From NCBI GenBank assembly GCA_964554405.1, contig CAZKOR010000001.1:19672-83671 (forward strand): DNA of 64,000 bases, written 5' to 3'. This document shows, in pieces, positions 1-9,898 of this stretch. How positions within the stretch are numbered: the first letter of the stretch is position 1; the number at the start of each line of letters is the position of its first letter. Below the pieces are notes generated by a model. It was given only the letters and a program-made list of their open reading frames with translations, was not told the DNA's origin and did not search any database. This DNA comes from an uncultured Bacteroides sp. Its GTDB lineage: Bacteria > Bacillota > Clostridia > Lachnospirales > Lachnospiraceae. The translations under genes and the position numbers were made by a program.

Positions 1-226
1 TGCCATAGTGTGTATAATCAGAAACGGTGCAGGGCAGGAATATGATTGCGTTGGCCGCTTGTCAGAGGATGATGAAGTCGTAGCATTGGATTTGGTTGAG
101 GATGGAAACGGCAGGACATGGTATAAAATTGATGTGAAATCTCTACCGGCGGATTCAATCATATCTGCGGATGAATACTATATTCGTTCGGATTTACTGA
201 TTGTGACAGATGCGGTAGAAAAATAA
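1..226 (+). CDS. C-terminal fragment of a protein with a bacterial SH3-like cell-wall-binding domain (runs off the window start)
   Basis: IRNGAGQEYDCVGRL...GRTWYKI resembles the SH3b/SH3_3 pattern; stop at 224-226; true start likely upstream of the window. Confidence 0.5.
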   Translation, partial: AIVCIIRNGAGQEYDCVGRLSEDDEVVALDLVEDGNGRTWYKIDVKSLPADSIISADEYYIRSDLLIVTDAVEK

Positions 227-236
227 GGGAGACGAC

Positions 237-1811
237 ATGAAAAAACTCACGTTGGATGAATTTCTATATTTCGGATTCTTTATTCTGCTCTCCATTGTAA
301 AAGGATTTGGTTTATATGAAGGGCAGAAACTGTTTATTTTACTTGTTATACCGGCTCTTTTGTGCGGGGGAGTCAAGATTTTGCTCTCATCTTATACGAA
401 ACGTCAGTGGGCAGCGGTTATTTTGCTGCTTTTTCTGACCGGACTTGTTTATGTGCGGTCTTTAGAGATTGGCATTTTTTTTATTATGTTTATGATACTT
501 GGCATGAAAAACGTTCCCGTAAAGAAGGTCTTTTATGTTGGTTTGCGTGTCTGGACGATATGTGCTGTTATTTTATGTCTTATCTCTTTTACCAGATTGG
601 AAGATACAATATATCGTGTTCATAAAAAAATGGGAATGGGACATATTTTTCGTTGGAGTCTTGGATTTACACATCCTAACATTTTGCATATTACGTATCT
701 TTTATTATGCGCCCTTATCATATACGAGTTGGCAGAGCGTTACAGTTTCAAACATTTCCTGGTGTTAATGCTTGGCAATGTGATAGTATTTCTTTATTCT
801 GTCAGCTTTACCGGATTTGCTATTGCAGTGCTTCTTTTAGTGGGGGAATTATATGTGAAGCTCAGACCGAGATTTTGTTTTGTAGAAAAGCTGGCAGTTA
901 ACTTGGTACTTCCGTTTTGTATGATATTTTCTTTTGTATTACCAACCATTATATTTGTCCCGCGTTTCGCAGGGTGGGTTCAACGGCTGAATTTTCTGTT
1001 AAATACCAGACTTTTTCTTGCTAGACAGTATCTTGTACCGGAGTGTATGAGTCTTTTTGGATTAAAGATGTCTGATTTGGAACAGGGGAGTTTTGCGATT
1101 GATAATTCTTATGTATGGGGCTTGATAAATTACGGCATCATACCGTTTGCTCTGCTGATGATTGCTTATTTGATTCTTCTGGTCAATTATAGCAGCAAGC
1201 AGAAAACGAGGGAACTTGTCATTACGATTGCTTTTCTGGCAGCAGGTTTTACGGAACAGTTATTGTTCAACACCTCTTTTAAAAATATTACTTTGATTTT
1301 TCTTGGAGAGCTTCTTTTCAGACAAAAAGAGGGGGCGGAGGAATATTCTCTGATGCCGGTATTGCGGCAGAAAATGGAAAATCTCTTTCATAAATGTTAT
1401 GATAAAGCAACAGAAATATGGTGGATGCGGCCGGAACCGTATCAGTGGGTAAAAGAACTTGGGAAATCACATAGAAAGCAGATAATTGCCGCTATTGCCG
1501 CAGGTATGGCGCTTGGCATTCTTCTGTGTACTGTTGTTTACAGAGAACCGAAAGGTTATGTTGTGCAAAGGTTTTATACCGACGGATTGTATGAAACATC
1601 TGTTTATCTGGAGAGTGAGGAAGATCCTGACTATGAGGGATATCGTGTTATGAACTATATAAATGCGGACACACCGATGCAGATTGTAGATGGAAATGCG
1701 GTCACGTTGGAAACCGTCAGGTATTATACAGGCAGTTTGCTAATAGGCGGGCTTTTGGGATATCTGCTTTGCGTTGGAACGATACTTTTAACAGACAGGG
1801 AGCGGCTATGA
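237..1811 (+). CDS. Wzy-like polysaccharide polymerase / multi-TM membrane protein
   Basis: 524 aa with >10 hydrophobic segments; R-x-SLGFTHPN and IDNSY...YG motifs typical of Firmicute Wzy; RBS GGGAG before ATG. Confidence 0.7.
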   Translation: MKKLTLDEFLYFGFFILLSIVKGFGLYEGQKLFILLVIPALLCGGVKILLSSYTKRQWAAVILLLFLTGLVYVRSLEIGIFFIMFMILGMKNVPVKKVFYVGLRVWTICAVILCLISFTRLEDTIYRVHKKMGMGHIFRWSLGFTHPNILHITYLLLCALIIYELAERYSFKHFLVLMLGNVIVFLYSVSFTGFAIAVLLLVGELYVKLRPRFCFVEKLAVNLVLPFCMIFSFVLPTIIFVPRFAGWVQRLNFLLNTRLFLARQYLVPECMSLFGLKMSDLEQGSFAIDNSYVWGLINYGIIPFALLMIAYLILLVNYSSKQKTRELVITIAFLAAGFTEQLLFNTSFKNITLIFLGELLFRQKEGAEEYSLMPVLRQKMENLFHKCYDKATEIWWMRPEPYQWVKELGKSHRKQIIAAIAAGMALGILLCTVVYREPKGYVVQRFYTDGLYETSVYLESEEDPDYEGYRVMNYINADTPMQIVDGNAVTLETVRYYTGSLLIGGLLGYLLCVGTILLTDRERL

Positions 1812-3739
1812 AGAAGGAATTGCAATATTGTGAGATATTAAAAACGAGGATCAATGTGACCGATATGGACAAAACGGTTCGTTATATTACGTCGCATTTA
1901 GAAGAACTGAAAGGAAACTATATCTGTGTTTCCAATGTGCATACAACGGTTATGGCTTATCGGGATGAGACATATAGAAAAATACAGAACAGCGGCGCCA
2001 TGGCGCTTCCGGATGGACAGCCGCTGTCTATTGTCAGCCGCACCAGAGGATATAAGGAGGCTAAGAGAGTTCCCGGACCGGATTTGATGCCGGAACTTTT
2101 CAGCCTTTCACAGGAAAAAGGATACACGCATTATTTCTATGGCGGCTCGGAGCATACGCTGGAACAGCTGAAAAAAAAGCTTTTGGAAAAATATCCGGAT
2201 CTGCAGATTGCAGGGATGTATTCCCCGCCGTACAGAGAATTAAGTGTAGAAGAAGACGCGCAGATAATAGAGCAGATTAACGCAGCAAAGCCTGACTTTT
2301 TGTGGGTGGCGCTTGGAGCGCCAAAGCAGGAAATCTGGATGTATCAGCATAGAAATAAGATACATTCGCTGATGATTGGTGTGGGCGCGGCTTTTGATTT
2401 TCTTGCGGGAACAGTGAAGCGTGCACCAATGTGGATGCAGAAATTGTGTCTGGAATGGGTCTATCGCATTTTTCAGGACCCGAAGCGGATGCTGCCCCGT
2501 TATTTAAATACAAATTTTGCTTTTTTGTATTATACGTATCAGGAATCAAGACAGCTTGCAAAACAGAAAAAAATCGCTGACCGTGCGGCAGATAGAAAAT
2601 GTGGCAGGCGTCTCAGGATTGCCATGATAGGACATAAGCGGATACCCTCGCGTGAAGGCGGCGTGGAAATCGTGGTAGAGCAGATTTCCGTACGCCTTGC
2701 AGCATTAGGACATAAAGTTGATGCCTATAACAGGTATGGACATCATGTGTCAGGGAAAAAATATGATGAAGAATACGGGCGGGGGGAGAGAAAATACTAT
2801 AAAGGCGTCCGCATACGTATCATCCCGACTTTTAGAAGTTCTAAATTAAATGCAATCGTTTATTCGTTTCTGGCGACACTACGTGCGCTTTTTATGCCGT
2901 ATGATGTGATTCACTATCATGCGGAGGGACCGTGTGCGGTACTTTGGATACCGAAGCTGTTTGGCAGGCGTGTAATCGTTACGATTCATGGACTGGACTG
3001 GCAGAGGGCAAAATGGGGAAATTTTGCTTCTTTTATCATTAAGTTTGGGGAAAAGATGGCGGCAAAATATGCGGATGAAGTGATTGTGTTATCCGAGAAT
3101 TTGAAACGGTATTTTAAAGATACGTATGGACGGGAAACCGTTTTTATTCCGAATGCCATTGATAAGCCCGAATGCATGGAAGCGGAACTGATTACAGAGA
3201 AATTCGGGTTGCAAAAAAATAGTTATTTTCTGTTTTTGGCAAGAATCGTACCGGAAAAGGGTGTGCATTACCTGATTGAAGCATTTCGTCAGATGAAGAC
3301 CGATAAGAAATTAGTTATCGCGGGAGGCAGCAGTCAGGCGATAGAATATATGCAAAAAGTACATCGTATGGCGGCGGAAGATGAGCGTATTATTATGACG
3401 GATTTTGTGCAGGGACGTGTACTTGAGGAATTGTACTCCAATGCATATGCTTTTGTGCTGCCAAGCGATGTGGAGGGTATGGCAATCAGCCTTTTAGAAG
3501 CAATGAGTTTCGGCTGCTGCTGTCTTGTCAGTGATATTTGTGAGAATGTAGAAGTTGTGGAAGATAAAGCAGTTACTTTTGCGAAAAGCAATGTCAAAGA
3601 TTTGCGGGAAAAGATGGTATATCTGTTAGAGCATCCTGAGATTGTGGAAGAGTATAAGAGACAGAGCAGTGATTTCATTTGTAATAAGTATAATTGGGAT
3701 GATGTTGTGGAAGAAACATTGCAGGTTTATCAAAGGTGA
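1808..3739 (+). CDS. WecB/TagA/CpsF (GT26) glycosyltransferase fused to a GT4 glycosyltransferase
   Basis: N-half: PDG, RVPGPDL, ALGAPKQE, GVGAAFD, RAP..MQKLCLEW (TagA/CpsF). C-half: GHKRIPSREGGVE, VLPSDVEG..ISLLEAMS (GT4). ATG 1808 overlaps the upstream stop (ATGA) and is preferred to 1769. Confidence 0.9.
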   Translation: MKKELQYCEILKTRINVTDMDKTVRYITSHLEELKGNYICVSNVHTTVMAYRDETYRKIQNSGAMALPDGQPLSIVSRTRGYKEAKRVPGPDLMPELFSLSQEKGYTHYFYGGSEHTLEQLKKKLLEKYPDLQIAGMYSPPYRELSVEEDAQIIEQINAAKPDFLWVALGAPKQEIWMYQHRNKIHSLMIGVGAAFDFLAGTVKRAPMWMQKLCLEWVYRIFQDPKRMLPRYLNTNFAFLYYTYQESRQLAKQKKIADRAADRKCGRRLRIAMIGHKRIPSREGGVEIVVEQISVRLAALGHKVDAYNRYGHHVSGKKYDEEYGRGERKYYKGVRIRIIPTFRSSKLNAIVYSFLATLRALFMPYDVIHYHAEGPCAVLWIPKLFGRRVIVTIHGLDWQRAKWGNFASFIIKFGEKMAAKYADEVIVLSENLKRYFKDTYGRETVFIPNAIDKPECMEAELITEKFGLQKNSYFLFLARIVPEKGVHYLIEAFRQMKTDKKLVIAGGSSQAIEYMQKVHRMAAEDERIIMTDFVQGRVLEELYSNAYAFVLPSDVEGMAISLLEAMSFGCCCLVSDICENVEVVEDKAVTFAKSNVKDLREKMVYLLEHPEIVEEYKRQSSDFICNKYNWDDVVEETLQVYQR

Positions 3740-3747
3740 GGGGTATC

Positions 3748-4977
3748 ATGAAAATTTTACTTGTCAATAAATTCCTGTATCCAAACGGTGGGTCGGAAAC
3801 CTATATTTTCGAATTGGGAAAACAGTTACGGAAAATGGGACATGAAGTGCAATATTTTGGTATGGAGCATGAGGGAAGAATTGTAGGAAACCGTGTAAAA
3901 AGTTATACTTCCAATATGGATTTTCACAGCGGAAAACTGCAGAAACTTTTCTATCCGTTTAAGATTATTTATTCTAAAGAGGCAAGAAAGAAGATTCGGC
4001 TTGTTTTAGATGATTTTGCACCGGATGTCGTGCACCTGAATAATATCAATTTTCAGATTACACCTTCGATTCTTTATGAAATAAAAGATTATGAGAAAAA
4101 GAATAAAAAATCAGTCAGAATTGTCTATACGGCACATGATTATCAGTGGGTCTGTCCGAATCATATGATGATGATTCCGTCTACGGGAGCGCTTTGCTTT
4201 GCCTGCCGCGGTGGAAAATTCGGCGCCTGTACGAAAAACAGGTGTATTCATAATTCCCGGATAAAAAGTCTGCTTGGAACGATAGAAGCTGAGTATTATA
4301 AAAGACGGAAAAGCTATGAGATGGTTGATACCATCATCTGCCCCAGTGCTTTTATGAAAGAACAGTTAGATACGGATGCCGTATTACAGAAAAAAACAAT
4401 AATGCTTCATAACTTTGTAACACCTGCGGAGATGGAAGATGAAATCGGCACATGGGAAACGATAAAGTCCCGTCTGCCGGAGCGCTATGTACTCTATTTC
4501 GGGCGGTTTTCCGAGGAGAAAGGAGTTAAGACACTTTTAAAAGTCTGTCAGAATATGACGGATGTGTCATTTGTGTTTGCGGGAACGGGTCCGCTTACGG
4601 AAGAAGTTTCGCGGATACCGAATATACGGAATGTAGGATTTGTCAGAGGTGAAGCGTTAAAAAAGCTGATTGCCGGCGCGGAATTTTCTCTTTATCCTTC
4701 GCAGTGGTATGAAAATTGTCCGTTTTCCGTGATGGAATCGCAACTCTACGGCACTCCGATGATAGCGTCCTCGCTTGGCGGCACACCGGAACTGTTGCAG
4801 GATGGCGTGACCGGAGAACTTTTTGAAGCCGGAAATGCCGTAGAATTAAAAGAAAAAATTGCAAGGCTTTGGGAACACCCGGAAATTTGTGAAAAATACA
4901 GAGAAAACTGTAAAAACATAAAATTCGATACAATTGAGGAATATTGTGGTAAAATAGTGAGGAAAGTGTATAAATAG
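3748..4977 (+). CDS. GT4 glycosyltransferase
   Basis: MKILLVNKFLYPNGGSE, YFGRFSEEKG, PSQWYENCPFSVMES; ATG 3748 follows GAGGG. Confidence 0.9.
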   Translation: MKILLVNKFLYPNGGSETYIFELGKQLRKMGHEVQYFGMEHEGRIVGNRVKSYTSNMDFHSGKLQKLFYPFKIIYSKEARKKIRLVLDDFAPDVVHLNNINFQITPSILYEIKDYEKKNKKSVRIVYTAHDYQWVCPNHMMMIPSTGALCFACRGGKFGACTKNRCIHNSRIKSLLGTIEAEYYKRRKSYEMVDTIICPSAFMKEQLDTDAVLQKKTIMLHNFVTPAEMEDEIGTWETIKSRLPERYVLYFGRFSEEKGVKTLLKVCQNMTDVSFVFAGTGPLTEEVSRIPNIRNVGFVRGEALKKLIAGAEFSLYPSQWYENCPFSVMESQLYGTPMIASSLGGTPELLQDGVTGELFEAGNAVELKEKIARLWEHPEICEKYRENCKNIKFDTIEEYCGKIVRKVYK

Positions 4978-5020
4978 ATTATGCTTGCATGAACCTAAAA
5001 ACAATAGAGGGAAGAAATAT

Positions 5021-6019
5021 ATGGCAAGAAGGACTTTATATGGAACTGTTATCGTAACGTATCGCTGTAACGCCCACTGTAACATGTGCGACTGCTTTCG
5101 TGACCCAACCAGGCCGGAAGAAGAGATTACGTTAGAAGATATCAAAAAACTGCCGGAAATGGCGTTTACGAATATAACCGGAGGAGAGCCTTTTATCAGA
5201 CAGGACATTCCGGATATTGTAAGAGAACTGTATAAGAAATCTGACAGGATTGTCATTTCCACCAATGGCTATTTTACAGACAGAATTATTGCGCTCTGCA
5301 AAGAATTTCCGAAAGTAGGCATCCGTATCAGCATTGAAGGTCTGCAGAAGACGAATGATGCCATCAGAGGGATTCCTGACGGGTTTAACAGAGGCTATAC
5401 AACGCTTAAAACATTGGTCGAGATGAAGCATCCCGACGTAGGATTTGGTATGACGGTGCAGGATATGAACTGTGAGGATTTAGTGCCGCTTTACAATATC
5501 GCTAATGATATGGGCATGGAATTTGCAACGGCGACACTGCATAATTCTTTTTATTTCAGAAAGACAGACAATAAGATTGATGATAAATACAAAGTTGCAC
5601 AGAACTTTGAGAAGCTGATTAACGAACTTTTGAAGAGCAAGTCTCCGAAGAAGTGGTTCCGCGCCTACTTTAACCATGGACTGATTAACTATATTTATGG
5701 AAATAAGAGGCTTCTGCCCTGTGATATGTCCAAAGACGCTTTTTTCATCGACCCGTTCTGTGATGTAATTCCCTGCAACGGCATGGAGAAAAAGGCCGTT
5801 ATGGGAAATCTGCGGAATCAAAGCTGGGACGAGCTGTGGAATTCCAAACAGGCACAGGAAGTCAGGGCGTGTGCGAAAAATTGTGACAGGAACTGCTGGA
5901 TGATAGGAAGCGCATCTCCTGCGATGCATAAATATATCTGGGTGCCCGGATGGTGGGTTGTGAAACACAAGTTCCTAAAGGGCGGAAAGTATAGTCTGAA
6001 GGAGAATAAGTTTATATAA
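5021..6019 (+). CDS. Radical SAM protein with SPASM/twitch-type C-terminal domain
   Basis: CNAHCNMC (CxxxCxxC), ITGGEP, C-terminal C..FIDPFCDVIPC..GNL...W; ATG 5021 with RBS GAGGG preferred to 4985. Confidence 0.9.
   Translation: MARRTLYGTVIVTYRCNAHCNMCDCFRDPTRPEEEITLEDIKKLPEMAFTNITGGEPFIRQDIPDIVRELYKKSDRIVISTNGYFTDRIIALCKEFPKVGIRISIEGLQKTNDAIRGIPDGFNRGYTTLKTLVEMKHPDVGFGMTVQDMNCEDLVPLYNIANDMGMEFATATLHNSFYFRKTDNKIDDKYKVAQNFEKLINELLKSKSPKKWFRAYFNHGLINYIYGNKRLLPCDMSKDAFFIDPFCDVIPCNGMEKKAVMGNLRNQSWDELWNSKQAQEVRACAKNCDRNCWMIGSASPAMHKYIWVPGWWVVKHKFLKGGKYSLKENKFI
5976..6015 (+). repeat. 40-bp perfect direct repeat, copy 1 (copy 2 at 7036-7075)
   Basis: TAAAGGGCGGAAAGTATAGTCTGAAGGAGAATAAGTTTAT occurs at both sites; both proteins contain LKGGKYSLKENKFI at their C-termini. 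Confidence 0.97.
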
Positions 6020-6020
6020 G

Positions 6021-7088
6021 ATGGAGAAAGCAAGAGTAGAATGGGTTGATATTCTAAAATTATTGGGTATTATTGCAATTTTTTGCGGACATTTGGGTGA
6101 AGGAGCTAAACAACTTCGTGATTTTGTGTTTTGTTACCATGTTCCCTTATTCTTTTTTGCTTCCGGTATTTTTGCAGATAATTTAAAAGAACTGAGTTTT
6201 AAAGATGCAGTTAAGAAACGTTTTGGGCAGATTATGATTCCGTATGCGTTTTTGACCGTTATTAATATGATAGTGATAATTGCAACATCAGATGAAGATT
6301 TTATCACTTACCTGAAATATATTAAGCAATTTATTTTTGGAATCAGAAATCAGATACCGGCAGGTTCCTTATGGTTCTTTTCCTGTATTTTTTGTACAGG
6401 GGTGCTTTTTGAAATATTGCGAAGGCTCTTAAAGAAAGATGCCTTAATACTGTTTGCGTCTGCGGCGTTATATTTTATTTCTATTACGCTTTTTCCGAAC
6501 AATCCGAGTATACAGCCATCTTGGATATGGAATATTGATTCAGCATGTCATTATTTGATTTATTATACATTAGGCTATCTCTTACATACGAGGTTGATGA
6601 GGCTGATGGACTGGAAACAAGGGACGGATAAAAAGGCAGCAATCTTTTGGATTATCGGAACAGCGCTTTTGGCAGGGTATGTTATGTCGGTGTATCTACA
6701 GGAAGATATCATTGGGAATATTCTGAATCAGACAATTCCGGGATTTAGTATGATATATCCAGTGGTACGGGCAATGTTAATTATATTTTTAAATCTGATT
6801 CTGGCAAAAATATTAGAGGGCTTTCCCTTATTAGCCTATGCCGGAACTCAGACGCTTTGGCTGTGTGGGAATGAAATGGTAGTTAAGAAGATATTGGCGG
6901 CGACGGTTTCGGTTTTGGGAATGCAGATAGAAATAACAGGCGCTTTATCGGCAGTCATATATGCAGCAGTTATGACGGTAGTCATCATCAGAGTATTATT
7001 GCCTATAGAGAAAAAATTGTATCAACAATATCTGTTAAAGGGCGGAAAGTATAGTCTGAAGGAGAATAAGTTTATTGGGAACGACTGA
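6021..7088 (+). CDS. Acyltransferase family 3 (O-acetyltransferase)
   Basis: RVEWVDILKLLGIIAIFCGH, HVPLFFFASG, SLWFF; multi-TM. Confidence 0.85.
   Translation: MEKARVEWVDILKLLGIIAIFCGHLGEGAKQLRDFVFCYHVPLFFFASGIFADNLKELSFKDAVKKRFGQIMIPYAFLTVINMIVIIATSDEDFITYLKYIKQFIFGIRNQIPAGSLWFFSCIFCTGVLFEILRRLLKKDALILFASAALYFISITLFPNNPSIQPSWIWNIDSACHYLIYYTLGYLLHTRLMRLMDWKQGTDKKAAIFWIIGTALLAGYVMSVYLQEDIIGNILNQTIPGFSMIYPVVRAMLIIFLNLILAKILEGFPLLAYAGTQTLWLCGNEMVVKKILAATVSVLGMQIEITGALSAVIYAAVMTVVIIRVLLPIEKKLYQQYLLKGGKYSLKENKFIGND
7036..7075 (+). repeat. 40-bp perfect direct repeat, copy 2
   Basis: Identical to 5976-6015; contains AAGGAG 10 nt before the TTG at 7075. Confidence 0.97.
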
Positions 7089-8142
7089 AAACAAAGTCTG
7101 TTATCGGGGCATTGACGTAATGAAGTTCATAATGGCGCTGTTTGTAGTGGTATTACACACGCATCCCCTTTTCAATGTTAATGAAACGCTTAGTTTTCTA
7201 ACTGCTGATATTATAGGAAGAACTGCTGTGCCTTTTTTCTTTACAGCAACCGGATTTTTGCTGGAAAAGCAGATAGGGCAGCAGAAGAAGAAAAGAGAGA
7301 TTATCGGTCCGTATATCAGAAAACTATTGTTTCTGTATTGTGTCTGGACGATGGTATATCTGCCGATTATTATATATGATAAAATTATTGTTTCCGATAT
7401 GCCGTTGACATATAATTTATTTGTGATGCTCAGAGATTTCTTTTTCACCGGTTCTTATTCACATTTGTGGTATTTGCCGGCAACTGCGGTAGGTCTTGTT
7501 ATTGTGTATGCACTCAGACGATATGCGGGTGAGTGGGGATGCGCCATTATATTGTTTGTCCTGTTTTGCATGGGGCTTCTTACACAGTCATATTTCGGAC
7601 TGCTTTTAGAAATTGTTCCTGTGGACGGCTTGTTATGGAAGTTAATGAAACTGGTCAAAATGGTCATGGTTACTTGCAGAAACGGTATTTTCTTCGGCAG
7701 TATCTTTCTTTATATGGGAACGTGGATTGCACGATGCAATATAAAAACAAAAGCATATATTGCCGGTTTGGGTTTGAGCATATCAATTGTGCTTTTCGCT
7801 GTGGAAGCATCTTGTTTGCAAAAAACAGGAACAGTAAGGGAACGGGATATGTACTTGATGCTGCTCCCGGTAGTATTTTTTCTGATACAGTTTGCGTTGG
7901 CTCTTACTGTAAAGACAGACACAGTATTTTTAAGAAAGATGAGTATTAATATTTATTTTGTTCATATGATTTTCAGATTTGTCTATAGGACATTTATCGG
8001 AGAGCATTATAACTATGGTCTGCGGTTGTTTGGATTTACGTTATGTGGGGCGTTTGTTGTCTCTTATATAATGTATCTGTTTGGGAAAAGAAAAGCGCAA
8101 ACGGAGAAAATCCCGATAGGCACAGAAAGGACGAAAATGTAA
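7075..8142 (+). CDS. Acyltransferase family 3
   Basis: GIDVMKFIMALFVVVLHT, AVPFFFTATG, HLWYL, SINIYFVH; multi-TM. Confidence 0.85.
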   Translation: MGTTENKVCYRGIDVMKFIMALFVVVLHTHPLFNVNETLSFLTADIIGRTAVPFFFTATGFLLEKQIGQQKKKREIIGPYIRKLLFLYCVWTMVYLPIIIYDKIIVSDMPLTYNLFVMLRDFFFTGSYSHLWYLPATAVGLVIVYALRRYAGEWGCAIILFVLFCMGLLTQSYFGLLLEIVPVDGLLWKLMKLVKMVMVTCRNGIFFGSIFLYMGTWIARCNIKTKAYIAGLGLSISIVLFAVEASCLQKTGTVRERDMYLMLLPVVFFLIQFALALTVKTDTVFLRKMSINIYFVHMIFRFVYRTFIGEHYNYGLRLFGFTLCGAFVVSYIMYLFGKRKAQTEKIPIGTERTKM

Positions 8143-9881
8143 TGGTAAAGTGGATAAGAAAGGCAGTGTGGCTGTTATTCATCGTAATTATCGGATATCT
8201 GCTGATAGCAAGCATTTTCAGTACATGCTATCTGGGCGGATACCGATATATGACTGCGTTGGGGGGGGCGGTAGAAACCAATATAGAGCATACTTTTTAT
8301 ATCAGAGATGCCTATTTGCAGCATATTGTGTTGTTTCTTGTTTTTTCCTGCCTGCTTCTTTTCTTTCGGTGGGAAGGCAGCCGGAAAATCTTTTCAGAAA
8401 AATATTTTGGATTTATTATATGCATTGCTGTTGCCGTGATATCTGTGCTGATTGTGGCGGCGGGACAGTATTATCCTAAATTTGACCAAAAACATGTTAT
8501 AGAAGCGGCGGCTGCATTAAATGAACATGATTATTCTGATTTTGATGTGGGAAATTATCTATTTGTTTTTCCTTTCCAGACGGGCGCCGTTTTGTATTAT
8601 CAATTATTATCGCTTTTATTCGGCAATCTGAATTATGTGGCGTTTGAAATTGTGAATGCCGTCTGGATTGTCCTTGCAGTTTGGCTATTTGCGAAAATTT
8701 CCGGTCTCTTATGGGAAAAGGAGAAAGGGTATGAGGCAGGAACTGCGGTTCTTTGCCTGCTGTTTCTGCCTTATCTGCTGTATGTTACATTCCTCTATGG
8801 AACGGTAGTCGGCATGGCATTTGCTCTATTATCTTTCTACGCCATGCTTCTATATGAGCAGGAGAGAAAACCGCTCTGGCTGTTAATGAGCGGATTAAGT
8901 ATGGGGATTGCAACTGTTGTAAAATCTAATTATATGATTTTTATGATAGCGGAAATAATATATCTGCTGCTTGGCTGTTTATCCGATAAGATTACGAATT
9001 TTAAGAAAAACATGCCCAGACTTCTTCTGATAGCTGTGCTTCTTGTTTGTTTCTTGGCAGGCAGATGCGGTGTGAATGCGCATATTAACAGGCTGAATAA
9101 TGGGAATGATGTGAAAGGGATTCCGATGCTTGCCTGGGTAGCAATGGGATTGCAGGATGGCAAAGCGGCTCCGGGATGGTATAATGGATATAATAATGGT
9201 GTTTTTATAGAAAATGATTATGATTATGATAAGACACAGGCAGCGGTAAAAGAGGAGATAAAACGGATTGTGACGGGGTATCCGCGGGATATTACGACAA
9301 CTGTCAGTTTTTATGTTAAGAAAGTATCGTCTCAGTGGAACAATCCGACATTTCAATCCTTATGGATATTGGAAAACCGGGAGGGGAAGAATGGACTTGA
9401 CTGGCTTCTGCAAGGGAATGGACGATATTTGTATATTCTGTTTGTTAATTTGCTGCACACGTGGATTTTGGCGGGAACGTTTTTGTATGCTTTGTTTCGC
9501 TATAAGGCAGGCAGTCTGAAAGAAATCATTCTGCCCATTACGTTTATCGGCGGTTTTGTGTTCCATTTATTTTGGGAAGCGGAAGGCTTATATGCTATCT
9601 TATATTTTCCGCTGCTGCTTCCTTTAAGCGTATGCGGATATGGAGAATGGAAGAAGTGGCTTTGTGGCTGTAAGCGTGAAATTATAGAGAATGGATGGAA
9701 GACGGAGACCGGAAAGCGCTTAAAGAGAAAACTGACTGTTGGCTTCATCATTGTGGTATTAATCTGCGCCGGTTCCTATACGGAGCCGTTTGCCAAGATG
9801 ATTGCACGAAATGAAAATACGGGAGCATTTGATACGTATACACAGGAAACGGTGAATGAAGAGGATGCGCTGCCGGAGTAA
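8142..9881 (+). CDS. GT-C-like (PMT/GT39-type) multi-TM glycosyltransferase with a G8 tract at 8261-8268
   Basis: Many TM helices; luminal loop with PKFDQ..GNYLFVFPFQ and AMGLQ..PGWYNGY; ATG 8142 overlaps the upstream TAA. Confidence 0.65.
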   Translation: MVKWIRKAVWLLFIVIIGYLLIASIFSTCYLGGYRYMTALGGAVETNIEHTFYIRDAYLQHIVLFLVFSCLLLFFRWEGSRKIFSEKYFGFIICIAVAVISVLIVAAGQYYPKFDQKHVIEAAAALNEHDYSDFDVGNYLFVFPFQTGAVLYYQLLSLLFGNLNYVAFEIVNAVWIVLAVWLFAKISGLLWEKEKGYEAGTAVLCLLFLPYLLYVTFLYGTVVGMAFALLSFYAMLLYEQERKPLWLLMSGLSMGIATVVKSNYMIFMIAEIIYLLLGCLSDKITNFKKNMPRLLLIAVLLVCFLAGRCGVNAHINRLNNGNDVKGIPMLAWVAMGLQDGKAAPGWYNGYNNGVFIENDYDYDKTQAAVKEEIKRIVTGYPRDITTTVSFYVKKVSSQWNNPTFQSLWILENREGKNGLDWLLQGNGRYLYILFVNLLHTWILAGTFLYALFRYKAGSLKEIILPITFIGGFVFHLFWEAEGLYAILYFPLLLPLSVCGYGEWKKWLCGCKREIIENGWKTETGKRLKRKLTVGFIIVVLICAGSYTEPFAKMIARNENTGAFDTYTQETVNEEDALPE

Positions 9882-9898
9882 TAAGGAAGGACGAAGAG

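Noticed and set aside
2781-2786. G6 in the TagA-GT4 gene, plus G5-G6 runs elsewhere (e.g. ~60524)
   Set aside because: Too short for high-frequency slippage and plausible by chance
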